DNA of 64,000 nucleotides from Octopus vulgaris. Lineage: Eukaryota. The notes below the pieces were generated by a model. It saw only the letters and a program-made list of their open reading frames with translations, did no database searches and was not told the DNA's origin. How positions within the stretch are numbered: the stretch's first letter is position 1; each line of letters starts with the position of its first letter. Both the position numbers and the translations under genes were made by a program. Positions 52,320 through 64,000 of the stretch are shown in pieces. The DNA lies in contig OX597822.1 in NCBI GenBank assembly GCA_951406725.2, positions 35,712,001 to 35,776,000 on the forward strand. The letters are read 5' to 3'.

Positions 52320-54608
52320 TATAACCTGGATACCTGCATTCTGTGTAAAAAAAAAGGAACGGTTTTTCTGGAATGTCTTTGATCACAGGTCCTCTCGAGC
52401 ACAGCCTTGGGACTAAAAAAACTATTCACGCCTCCTGTCAACATTACTGGACAATACACATTTACAATGCACATTTTAAATTATTAGCTTATAAGTATGT
52501 TAAATCTAAAATTTTGTGACAAGCTCCGAGTGAGGCTTTTCACGAAGCCAAGATTACATTATTACAGTAAAACTGGCGAAAAAATTTTAAAACAAAACAA
52601 AAATCTTACATGAAAGTTGCCAATCCAGGAACTCCATTGGCACAAAAGATAAGAAAATTTTCTTGCAACCGCTTATCTTGGTGATGTGCCAAGCTAGCTG
52701 TTTATGTTGCTTCATACTAACTACTGCGAATATTACTTCACAGTTTAACATAACAAACAACATTTGGCTACAGAAACTAAAATAAAATTTGATAGAAGAA
52801 CCACAGAATTTCTTATCGAAATGGTTGCCTCCTTAACTAAGATATCGAGCGCTCAGTATCTTCTGATATTCTTGTTCAATTTATTGATTTCTTACATAGA
52901 CAGAATGCTATACATATTAAGTCGGATAGTAAGACTGTTTGGTGTTCTTAAAGAGAATTTTAAAAAACATAATTCTTTAACTATGAAGCTCGATATATTT
53001 ATCGAGTACTCTGTGTCCTTTTCTATATATTTGTTCAATGTATTGATTTCTAATGTAGACACAATAGCAGGCTCATAAAATCGGCCAGTAAGACAGTTTG
53101 ATCTTCATGCCTTTCTTGAGAAGATTATGTGTGTAAATGAAATGAGTTGACGTCAACCAAAAATGCAATCGGTTCATAGAATTAACTCACTTAACTCACT
53201 TTTTTAAAATCGTTATTTATTATTAACACTGTCACGCCACTTAAAACTGTTTTTGGATTTGCATGCTCCACATTTCTAGCAATAAATTCTGTTAATTCGT
53301 TCTGGGCTTTTCTTCAATAACATTAAGTAACGTTCTGATAAAACGTTTCTGTTGAAATGTGTAGAAGATATTTCGATCAAAAGATATCAGTCAATCGCAT
53401 CAACTTAAACCCATTTTATATGACTTTAAACTCCAGTGTCAATTGTCATTACTTCAAACTTAAGCCTTTGAGAACCTAATATCAGAAACACCAGATATTT
53501 TTGGAATTTAATCAAAATTCAGTAACATAGAATAATTAACTGCCAATTTAAATTTAATTGATTTTATTTTTTTTTATTTAATTTTTATTTCCGAATTAAT
53601 CTAGTGATGAAAGGAGAATAAATGCCTTTTTAAAGCATGAAGATGCTACATTCACAATTGTAATATCTAAGAGAATTACAAACGTGACTTTCCAGCGAAA
53701 TTAATAAACTGACCGAAGAATTATTATTGCAAGTTTATATTTCTTTTCGTAATTCTTTCGACATTTCTACAGAGATATATTATCCTTTACCTTCAATCAA
53801 ATAATTAACTCGGAATTAAATTTCTGAAAAATCAGCAGTTCATAAGATTGCTATGCTAAGAAGATATATCTGTTGCAAATGATAGGCCAGTGTATGAAAT
53901 TATAGTGGTAAAACCGAGAACTAATAATAGTAATGGCACTGAAAACGTTATTCGTTCTTATAATATATCCTTTTGGAAGTTAATTCATTCATAATTTAAT
54001 TTATGCGGGTTATCTGCTATCGCAAACATCGAAACCTAAGTGTGACACCTTGCTTTGTAGCTATTGGTATCATAGCCTATCCTGCTAGCGCTAAGTAGGT
54101 AGCTAACGAATTATTAGGAGAAAATAAAATAGTTGAGTATAAACTAACAGAAAATATATTCGCAACAGACGTTCTGCAGTGTAATCGGTGTTGAAATCAT
54201 CCGACAAGCATAGGTTCCTTCCAAGCACTGCTGTAAACAGCAGAAGTGAGTTAGAACGTTAAAAATTTAGTGTGCATACACAGCAGAGTTCAAGGTCAAT
54301 ATGTGCCAAGCGGCTACATTCTGCGTGCTAGAACTTTGTTACTATGACAACAGTCCAGATACTTATTGATCAGACCACGTATATTCATGTGCATGTGTAT
54401 ATTGAAATCATGTGTACCCGAAATTAGCTCGTCTAGAGAACGATCCGGCAACAATTCCTCAACCAACCATTACTACTCAAAATTTTCCATCGCCGGTGGC
54501 TGCATCCGCATTTCAGCAAACAGTGAATATAACAGTTGTCCTGTCTTCTAATATGAGATTGAGCGACGCATCCACTAGCCGGGGCGATATGCGTGTGATA
54601 GATGCTTC

Positions 54609-54778
54609 GGATCTTTACCTTTTGACCGGTAGATTTAGAAAATAATTTCTGGTTATTAAATACTTTCAAACTTCGGACACTGGTAGAATGTGTCATATAA
54701 AATATCTTTTACTCTTAGCATTTTTGAGAAAAGTTTATATTTACGAAGTTCTTTCATTTTAAAGTTGTCGTATTTCGA
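54609..54778 (+). mobile_element. Left-end fragment of a Merlin-like element related to 29421-29802
   Basis: ggatcttt..ataatttct..aaacttcg..actggtagaatgtgt..ttgagaaaa colinear with 29421-29560. Confidence 0.7.
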
Positions 54779-55179
54779 GTGTATCTGAAGCATGTTTACT
54801 TCATGGCACCACCATAATCGTTCGTGCTTCATTTTTCATTTTGGTTGGTTGAGGAATACTAGACTTTACAGTTTTTACTACTACCGTTCTTCAACCTTTA
54901 AACAGTGGGAAAATGTGCCAAACGGATAAAAAACGATCTCCCTTTTTTTTCCTAACGGGTAATTTTCATACTTATTTTCACTGTAAATAAGTACAAAACT
55001 GTAACTAAAACATAAATTGAGGATGTCCGCTGTTCTCTAATGAAACATCAATTGTTGATATCCATCGTTTAAGGGTTAAGGCCCAACTCATATGTCACGG
55101 AGTTTTAGTCAACCGATTTCATTTATTTTTATACAGAAAATATTCTGGCAAAATACTTTTATTCTTGTGATTTGCGCGT

Positions 55180-55350
55180 ATCAGGACAATTACCCCTTAA
55201 GACAGTTCCCCTCACCGGACAATTCTCCCCGACAACTACCCCGGTTAATTACCCCCTATCCAATATATTAAGAAGTTTTAAATCATCATCTGTTGTCCTC
55301 GGGAGTAATTTCCTGAGGTGGGGTTATTGCTCATGGAGAGTAAATGTACT
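55180..55350. mobile_element. Decayed MITE with inverted subterminal repeats
   Basis: ggacaattacccc-type repeats on the left, ggg(a)gtaatt..cct-type on the right. Confidence 0.4.
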
Positions 55351-55619
55351 AGACTCGATCTGCGTGTTTCCAACACCTATCTATTTTAAACTGACTTATA
55401 TATTTCCAAATATACTCTCAACTGACAGAGCGTCAGAAATATTGGAACAGCAGACCGGATTCCGTACAGTATTAAGCTCTCTCCTCTAAGTACTGAGTCC
55501 AAATCACAATGAAGATCGCTATTTTTCTTCTTTTTTTCAGATTACTAAGCAAAAATTGAGATAGGTTCACAAGACTAAACTGTTTTCTTACGTATTTTTA
55601 GCAACTTTATATTATTTTC

Positions 55620-55812
55620 CGTTATGGGTACAAGGCCTAAAATTTGGAGGGGTTACATCGAACCCAGGGCTCAACTAGCATTTATTCTCTAGACCTCGAA
55701 GAGAAGAAAAGCGAAGTCGACCTCCACAGAATTTGAACTCAGAGCATAAAGCCGTAAGAAATGCTGCTAATCATCATGTCCGGCTTGCTAACGATTCTGA
55801 AAGCTCACCAGC
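55620..55812 (-). mobile_element. SINE family C, diverged
   Basis: aagtcgacctc..aatttgaactcaga..gctaacgattctg. Confidence 0.72.
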
Positions 55813-56008
55813 TTCTAACCGTCTTATATTAATCTGAGGAATTAATATTTAAGTTTGTGGCAAAATTTTGAAATAATAGTGTGGTTTGACTTCGAGACTA
55901 TCAAATGTACAACATAGTGATAATATCTATACAAATTGAAATCACTGCTATGTTGGTGTTCTTTTTCTTCTTCTTCTTCTTCTTCTTCTTCCAATCAGGA
56001 ATCGTGTC

Positions 56009-56456
56009 ATTAGCCACAAAGAATAATCTCTAATTCGAGCCTACTCTAAGCTACTAAGAATGCGTACGGTAACTTGAAGATCCATCCACGACACGCGATA
56101 GACTGGCGGTTGTACGGGCGCGACGCTACGTTGTTATCCTCATTCCGTAAACGGTGGCTTTTTTAACGGGTGGAGAGCTGAACCATCCTGGGGTACAGAG
56201 GATTCGCAATCTAGACTAGGTTCTGAAAGTTTATCACACTATAGTGGGTTACACCATGGTTCGTCTGCTTTGTGACAGAAATAGGAAGAATGAGTGAGAG
56301 AAAGTTGTGGTGAAAGAGTACAGCGGGGTTCACCACCACCACCCGCCGGAGCCTCGTGGAGCTTAAGTGTTTTTATTCAATAAACACTAACAATGCCCGG
56401 TCTGGGAATCGAAACCGCGAGTCCGCTGCCTTAACCACTGGGTCATTGCGCCTCCA
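56009..56456 (-). mobile_element. SINE family A (long-tail variant)
   Basis: High identity to 38590-39050 with the same 3' endpoint. Confidence 0.88.
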
Positions 56457-58530
56457 CTATGTTAGTGTTGCATGATAACTGCAATCAATGGTTTATACTA
56501 ATGGTAGTGAAATGTAGTTATTCGCCTTATTGTTGTCATTACTTTTTCTTTTCTTTTTTTTTTAGTATTTTGTCATGTGTTGCCACATGGACGCAATTTA
56601 CATCATTAAATGTTGAATGCTATTTTTATTTTTCGACCAGAGAGGTTGCATTGCTTTCATCTGTTGGGATATTGGCTTGCAGTCTGAACATTGTTCCAAC
56701 TTATAGGAATGTTATCAATTCCACCATCCTTCAGTTTTCGGGAGATAAAATTTATTTGATCACTTTATATGAAGGCATGTGTGCTCTATGTCTATCTGAT
56801 TTGAATACGTTCTCCTTGATCCCTATATAATTTTTTCAGCACCGTTTAATAGCTGTTAATATTGCTCTATATATATAGGTGTCTTTGTGAGACATCTGCC
56901 ATTAAACGGACAGGATGTAATGCAATTGAAGTAGAATTCTAGCATTTACATTAGGGAGTTTTTAGTTTATAACTTATGGGTTGGGTTGCTGTCCGTTTCA
57001 AACAGCTGTAGCTGGCTTTTATATTATTCGTATTGAAAAGCTTGTGATATTTATGGGTGACGTAAGAATGTTTTTTTCTTTTATCTGTGACAGGAAATTT
57101 GTAGATGTTTGATGTTTTACAAAATGTAAGGTATAAAGGAAATGACAATGAGTCTCTAAATATATATGTGTGTATACCTGTGTATGTGTGCATATGTGTA
57201 TTTTTGCTATACTCATATATAGATACATACATATATGCATATACATATACAAACGCATATATATACATATACATATAAATATCTTTACATACACACGCGT
57301 ATGCATATATGCGTGCGCGCGCGCGTGTGTGTGTGTGTGTAACACCCCTCCTCCGAAATTCGCATCATTTTGGAAATCAACATTTAAGTGGCAGGTCGGC
57401 GGATTTCTTGCGGTATTTAATTGCATGCTTTAGGTTACGAGTTCAAATCCTTTCTAGGGAACCGATAAAATAACGCATCAGTCACAACCAGTCTATGATA
57501 CATCAAAGATGTGAATGAAAGTATAACAGCAGACAAAGAAGAACATTTCTTTCTTGGTACCGTTTCAACTCGGCCGTCTATATATTCTCACAATAGATAC
57601 AATTGTATCTTACTTTTGGATGTTATTTTCTCTTTTTGTATGTTTTTTCTTCTATCAGAATTGTATCCAATTTCTGGGACTTACTTTGAGGTATTCTAAA
57701 TATCTATTTGGTTTTCGTGTATTAAATGTTTGGCTCAACAAATCTTGAAACTTGATTCGCTGGTTACATTATTTGATCAAACGTTGTAGGTGTACATTTA
57801 AAAGGATGCGTGAGGAGTGGCTGGTTTAGAACAAGCATTCCTGCTTGATCTCTTGCTCACTGACAAAGATAAAGCATTTGCGAAAACATTAGTTGTTTCC
57901 CTCGCCCCAAACTTTTTTATGTTCTTCAGGCCAGACATTCTATTTCTGTACAAATTAATGCAAAGCTATATGTAAATGATTGCGATATCAACACTTGTGA
58001 AGTCCGTTTATTATTGCTATCTCATCTCTTCCGTTTATCATTACTATCTCAGTTCTTTCGTAAAGAAGTTGCAATTTGTATTAATGGGCCTACAAGACGA
58101 ATTAGTGTTGGCATTTAGTCTTTGGAGATTTATACTGGCGATTTTAGGTCTGTTGTTTAGATGGAAAAAATTTGTCTGAATAGATGAGATGGTTAGCTTT
58201 GATTTGTCAACTGCAAATTGAAGTTGGCATAAAGAAAAGTCAAAAATATATATATAATTAAGAATACTCAAATAAGAAATGAAACATGCTGAATACTGTA
58301 CATGCAAACGGGAGATAAGATAATTATATTTAACGATAAAGAAATTTAGTTTGTCGTTGATAAGGAATGAGAAAAAGATCACATGAGAATCGTCTTTGAA
58401 AACAAATATAAAAACAAATGGAAATTTCAGTAAATTACTGAAAACTAAGAATGAATCAACTGTTTTAAAACTTGAAATGAATATTCAGAAATCTTTTTTT
58501 TTTTCTTTCTGTATTTTCAGTCAAAGGGGG

Positions 58531-58675
58531 AGGTAGTGCTCATGGACCTTCGCAGGGCTGGTGGGCGAAAAAGAGAAAGGTAGTGCTCATGGACCTTCGC
58601 AGGGCTGGTGGGCGAAAAAGAGAAAGGTAGTGCTCATGGACCTTCGCAGGGCTGGTGGGCGAAAAAGAGAAAGGT
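58531..58675 (+). repeat. Perfect 47-bp tandem triplication
   Basis: AGGTAGTGCTCATGGACCTTCGCAGGGCTGGTGGGCGAAAAAGAGAA starts at 58531, 58578 and 58625. Confidence 0.95.
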
Positions 58676-58850
58676 ATGTTCAAACAGGAGTCCTGGTCGG
58701 AAAACTTGCAACAGAGCAAACACCTTTAACAGAACCCGAGATGCTTGGTGGGGGTGCTAAACTAGGCGATGTATTAATCATACCGCTCACGTAGGATATG
58801 GCGATATTTGAACTCTGCTTCCCAGGGATCTTAATTTTAATTTTTTTTTT

Positions 58851-59144
58851 TTGCCCTTTTCAAGACTAGCCAGGCTCATGAGCCTGGTTTCTGTGGTGTA
58901 TGTGTTCCCCCAGTTGGACGGGACGCCAGTCCATCGCAGCGTTACTCAAGAAACAGGAAGAGAGAGTGAGAGAAAGTAGTGGCGAAAGAGTACAACAGGG
59001 GTCGCCACCACCCCCTGCCGGAGCCTCGTGGAGCTTTTAGGTGTATTCGCTCAATAAACACTCACAATGCCCGGTCTGTGAATCGAAACCGCGATCCTCC
59101 GACTGCGAGTCCGCTGCCCTAACCGCTGGGCCATTGCGCCTCCA
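58851..59144 (-). mobile_element. SINE family A (short-tail variant)
   Basis: Reverse complement of 22085-22386. Confidence 0.9.
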
Positions 59145-59324
59145 GTCAGGAAAAGTACGAATGGTAAAGTTGACACGTGGTGGTATTTGAACTCAGAGTG
59201 CAGAAAGTAAGAACAAACACTGCAAGGCATTTTATCCGACGCTCTAACGACTATGCTAATTCGCTGCCTGATTTTTCAAATAGATAAATTGGCTAAATGT
59301 ATTTTTTTCTAAGGACAAGAACGA

Positions 59325-59731
59325 TTTACTCTTTTACTTGTTTCAGTCATTTGACTGCGGCCATGCTGGAGCACCGCCTTTAGTCGATCAAATCGACCCC
59401 AGAACTTATTGTTTGTAAGCCTAGTATTTATTCTATCGGTCTCTTTTGCCGAACCGCTAAGTGACGGGGACGTAAACACACCAGCATCGGTTGTCAAGCG
59501 ATGTTGGAGAGACAAACACAGACACACAAACATATACACACACACATTCATACATATATATTATATACATATATACGACGGGCTTCTTTCAGTTTCCATC
59601 TATTAAATCCACTCACAAGGCTTTGGTCGGCCCGTGGCTATAGAAGAAGACACTTGCCCAAGGTGCCACGCAGTGGGACTGAACCCGGAACCATGTGATT
59701 CGTAAGCAAGCTACTTACCACACAGCCACTC
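59325..59731 (-). mobile_element. SINE family B, full length
   Basis: High identity to 42228-42629. Confidence 0.92.
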
Positions 59732-60081
59732 AAAGAAAGATCATATATTTGAATTAACCTAATATATTACTAGTTTCTGTTATTAGTTTAAGCAAGCTAT
59801 AAAATTTAGATATCATTTTAGTTGAGATTCTTCCAATATAATTAAAGATAATTATGCAGAATACATACTTTTTTGTCTTTTCATTTGTTTACATCTTTCA
59901 TTCATTGGACAGCAGCCATGCCAGGGCACCGCCTTCAGGGGTTTAGTCGAACAAATCGATCTTAGAACGTTATTTGTTTTAAAGTTTGGTACTTATTCTA
60001 CCGATCCCTTTTGCCAGGGTAAACAAACCATCACCAGTTGTCAAGCAATGGCGGAGAACACACACACACACATACATACAT

Positions 60082-60125
<44 letters not shown>

Positions 60126-60299
60126 TATAATATTATATTATATTATATTATATTATATATATTATATATTATATATAAAGAGAGAGAGAGAGGGGGGAGT
60201 TCAAATTAACAGAAAATAAAAGACAAAGATGGGGGTAGGAGCAACAAACAAGTGTATTAGTTTCACGCACGGGAGAAAATGGAAAAGTCTTTAATGCTT

Positions 60300-60685
60300 T
60301 TCGACACAGGGTCCGAAATATTTGGGAAGGGAGCAAGTCGATTAGATCGACGCCAGTACGCAACTGGCACTTAATTTATCGACACCGAAAGGATGAAAAG
60401 CAGTCGACCTCGGCGGAGTTTGAACTCAGAACGTAGCGGCGGACGAAATACCTATTTCTTTACTACCCACAAGTGGCTAAACACAGAGAGGACAAACAAG
60501 GACGGACAAACGGATTAAGTCGATTATATCGACCACAGTGCGTAACTAGTACTTATTTAATCGACCCCGAAAGGATGAAAGGCAAGGTCGACCTTGGCGG
60601 AATTTGAACTCAGAACGTAACGGCAGACGAAATACCGGTAAACATTTCGCCCGGCGTGCTAACGTTTCTGCCACCTCGCAGCCTT
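60300..60685 (-). mobile_element. SINE family C dimer
   Basis: Two tandem bodies joined at gacgaaatacctatttc; one head. Confidence 0.86.
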
Positions 60686-60756
60686 TTGACAGAAAAGAAT
60701 TAAAGGAAATAAATAGAGAGAGAATGAAAAGCATGTTGAATTCAGTGGTCCAACAT

Positions 60757-60893
60757 CAGTTTCCATCTACCAAATCCACTCGAGAGGTTTTCGTGAGCTC
60801 GGGGTTATTGTAGGCGATACTTGCCCAAGGTGCCACGCATTAGGACTGACCTCGGAACCATGTGACTGAGAAACAAACTTCATACCACACGGC
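60757..60893 (-). mobile_element. SINE family B 5' fragment
   Basis: cagtttccatctaccaaatccactc..cttgcccaaggtgccacgca..ggaaccatgtg. Confidence 0.75.
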
Positions 60894-60916
60894 AGCGATT
60901 GCGGTGATAGGAAGAC

Positions 60917-60919
<3 letters not shown>

Positions 60920-60951
<32 letters not shown>

Positions 60952-61320
60952 AAGAAAGAAAGAAAGGAAGGAAGGAAGGAAGGAAGGAAGGAAGGAAGGA
61001 AGGAAGGAACGAACGAACGAAGGAACGAAGGAACGAAGGAAGGGAGGAAAGGAGGGAGGAAGGAAGGAGGAAGGAAGGAAGGAAGGAAGGAAGGAAGGGA
61101 GGGAGGAAGGAAGGAAGGAAGGGAGGGAGGAAGGAAGGAAGGAAGGGAGGAAGGAAGGAAAAAAGAAAGAAAGGAATGGAGGGAGGGAGGAAGGAAGGAA
61201 GGAAGGAAGGAAGGAAGGAAGGAAGGAAGGAAGGAGGAAGGAAGGAAAAAAAAAAAGAAAGGAATGGAAGAAGGAAGGAAAGAAGGAAGGAAGGAAGGAA
61301 AGAAGGAAGGACAAAAGAAA
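60920..61320. repeat. Polypurine (GA)n/(GGAA)n microsatellite
   Basis: About 400 bp, almost purine-only. Confidence 0.95.
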
Positions 61321-61494
61321 GAACGAGAGAGAAGGTTTTCTCTATCTTATATTTTTATGTATTTGTCAATGTATGTGTGTATGTATGTATCGGTATATGC
61401 ATTAATATTTATATGTTTATATTGTGCATCTGTGTACGCGCGCGCGTATATATACATATATGTGCGTGCCCGTATGCTGATAAGTATAAGTGCG

Positions 61495-61525
<31 letters not shown>

Positions 61526-61636
61526 CTATGTATACGTATATGCATATAAATTTTTTTGCGTTCGTATGTATATATATATATATATATATACACATACATA
61601 TATATGCATATATATATATATATACGAACGCAAAAG

Positions 61637-61685
<49 letters not shown>

Positions 61686-61914
61686 ATGTATGTATGTATG
61701 TATGTATGTATGTATGTATGTATGTATATGCGAATGTATACATATGTGTGTGTGTGGGAGGCGTGTGTAATGTCTATTCATTTTTATGACTGCGAATGCG
61801 TAGGTAAGTGAATATATATGTTATATATACATGTCAAAAATATGCACATATATATAAGTGCATATTTGCACATATATATATATAAGTGCATATTTGCACA
61901 TATATAAATACGTA

Positions 61915-61974
<60 letters not shown>

Positions 61975-62308
61975 TATATACACACACACATATATATATA
62001 TATATGTGTATTTATACGTGTATATTATATCTGTGCCTATGTATACATATGTATCCATACGTAAGTGTATGTACGCGTAAGCACTTACTTATACAAATAA
62101 ATTACTTTCGCCAACATTCTCATTACATCTTGACACCTAAAGTCTATCCGATACTCCCGTTAATATTCTATTTACTTCAGATTTCGCCATTTCTATCTTG
62201 CTTTTATATAATCACATACCCATTATTTTTTTATTGTAATGTATAATCTTATGCTATCTTCTATGTATTTGTGAGTATATGCGTAGATATGTATATTTCG
62301 ACTAGTAC

Positions 62309-62358
<50 letters not shown>

Positions 62359-62360
<2 letters not shown>

Positions 62361-62959
62361 ATAATATAGGGTGAAATTAATTAATTAATTTAGAAATAAT
62401 CATTAATTTCGCCAAGTAGAGATCGGCATGTAAAAGCCCCATTCAAGGAAGGTTTAAGTAATACTAAGTAAGTAAGAGTTTAGCAACGATTTGCCTCACC
62501 ACACACCGAATTTAGAAATAGCAGTCAAAAAGTTTTAGCTATTCTTTCTACTTAAAAGGGAGATCCCAGTAAAACCAAAGCACTTAAAAAGCAAACAACG
62601 CAGGCAAAAGAGAAAGAAATGACGAAAATCATTGTATATTAAATCACCTACGGACGTACGTTTCGGAATTAAGTCATTGCAGAGCATAAAAATTAAATAA
62701 TTATGTCTTACCTGACTATTTTCCTCCTCAGCGTAGGACTCTTCAATCATATTAATAATTGTGTATTAAATTTGAAGGCACTAGAAGACATCACCTCAAC
62801 TCATGGTATCAGAGCGAGCGTAAGCCATTACGCTCCAAATTCAAAGGATGAATGAAAGTATGTCACCATCCCCCTTCCGCCAGCGTACTGCCAAAATAAG
62901 ATGCTACAGTTGAGGTGATGTCTTCTAGTGCCTTCAAATTTAATACACAATTATTAATA
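62359..62959 (-). mobile_element. Non-autonomous hammerhead-bearing element (Penelope pLTR / retrozyme-like)
   Basis: Perfect 52-bp inverted repeat 62750-62801 / 62908-62959; internal hammerhead; 3' end on (TA)n; shares ttt(t)g.ctgct.tttcta and a.cc..tatatt.att motifs with the 10648 element. Confidence 0.8.
62647..62737 (-). ncRNA. Type I hammerhead ribozyme, apparently intact
   Basis: Minus strand: CCTACG-CTGAGGA-GGAA..(60 nt)..TTCC-GAAA-CGTAC-GTC-CGTAGG; predicted cleavage between 62653 and 62652. Confidence 0.88.
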
Positions 62960-63189
62960 ATAAATATTTTCCTTGGGGCTGGCCAGATTGGAGCAATCTC
63001 AAGAATATTCAGCCAAAATTGCGAGGACAATCCGGTTCTTGACTGAAGATAGAAAACTCCGAATGACTCGTCTTTGTTTTCTTTGTATCGTTTATCTGGA
63101 TGTTTTGTTGTCCCTTTTTATATCACCTAGTTGTCCGGATGTTTTGCGTTCTTGTCTCATTGTGCATGTTATATATATATATATATAAC

Positions 63190-63405
63190 ATGTGTTTGTC
63201 TGTGTTTGTTCCCCCCCCCCACAACATCGCTTGACAACAGATGCTGGTGTGTTTACGTTCCCGTACATTAGCGGTTCGGCAAAAGAGACCAATAGAATAA
63301 GTACTAGACTTACAAAGAATAAGCCCGGGGATCGATTTGTTCGACTAAAGGCGGTGCTCCAGCATGGCCGTAGTCAAATGACTGAAACACGTAAAAGAAA
63401 GAATA
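63190..63405 (+). mobile_element. SINE family B 3' half
   Basis: catcgcttgacaac..gcggttcggcaaaagagacc..gtcaaatgactgaaac. Confidence 0.85.
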
Positions 63406-63524
63406 AACGAATATGTACATGTGTGTGTGCTTGTGCGTGTGTGTGCGCGTGTGCGTATGTGTGTGTTTGTGGGTGTGCGTGTGTGTGTGTGAGAGAGTTT
63501 ATGTGTGTCTGTGTTTTTTTTTGT

Positions 63525-63804
63525 CGCCCTTTTCAAACCTAGCCCGGTTTCCCGCGAGTCCGCTGCCCTAACCACTGGGTCATTGCGCCTCCACATAATG
63601 TTTCTTCTCTAGCCATGCCAGGCTCATAAGGGCCGGTTTCCTGGTTTCAGTGGCGTAGAAATTCCCCATCTGGACGGGACACCGGTCCGTCGCAGGATTA
63701 CTCATTTTTGCCAGCTGAGTAGACTCATTGCCCGATCCAAGAATCGAAACCACAACCTTACGATCATGAGTTCAACACCCTAACCACTAAGCCACGCGCC
63801 TCCA
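63525..63804 (-). mobile_element. Internally deleted family A SINE (63525-63592) and a related older copy (63608-63804)
   Basis: Both end in ccctaaccact..cgcctcca heads. Confidence 0.8.
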
Positions 63805-64000
63805 GTACTCTACCTTTCTGTAGCAGCTGACAGCCACAGGAGCCAACGAGCGAACCTTTGCGCGGTATCTAATTGGCTACAAACGGCAGCCAATCTTCCT
63901 CATTTCATGTTAAAATGGAGACGCTGTATACTCTGGTCCTTGCTTCCCCGCACGTAGGAAAAGATGAGTAGGTCACGGCTAGAATTCCTTTGATCATGGG

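Overview
AT-rich, gene-poor, repeat-dense eukaryotic DNA. The SINE families, (TTAGGG)-type repeats and microsatellite load look like an Octopus/coleoid cephalopod genome; this is inference from pattern recognition, not a search result. No intact host protein-coding gene can be supported, and most ORF-track entries are microsatellite translations. Transposon content: a 5'-truncated Penelope-like element (Naiad-type GIY-YIG ORF, 16.9-18.9 kb); a second decayed Naiad split by a 1.7-kb 20-bp satellite; three R4/Dong-clade LINE remnants, one inserted in an (AAT)n tract; a full-length decayed mariner; several Tc1/mariner and Merlin-like MITEs; and more than 25 copies of three tRNA-derived SINE families. 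There is also a 2.7-kb block of telomere-like repeat / 22-bp satellite / telomere-like repeat. The strongest hidden signal is a set of hammerhead ribozymes. Two are apparently intact type I hammerheads (10909-11004 +, 62647-62737 -) and a third related copy is decayed (3211-3279 +). All three have an unusually long (42-61 nt) stem II, palindromic stem III and covarying stems. They sit in short non-coding, microsatellite-anchored elements; the two intact copies also carry Penelope-type direct and/or inverted terminal repeats (retrozyme-like). Further variant or degenerate hammerheads and about ten foldback hairpins point to the same Penelope-driven system.
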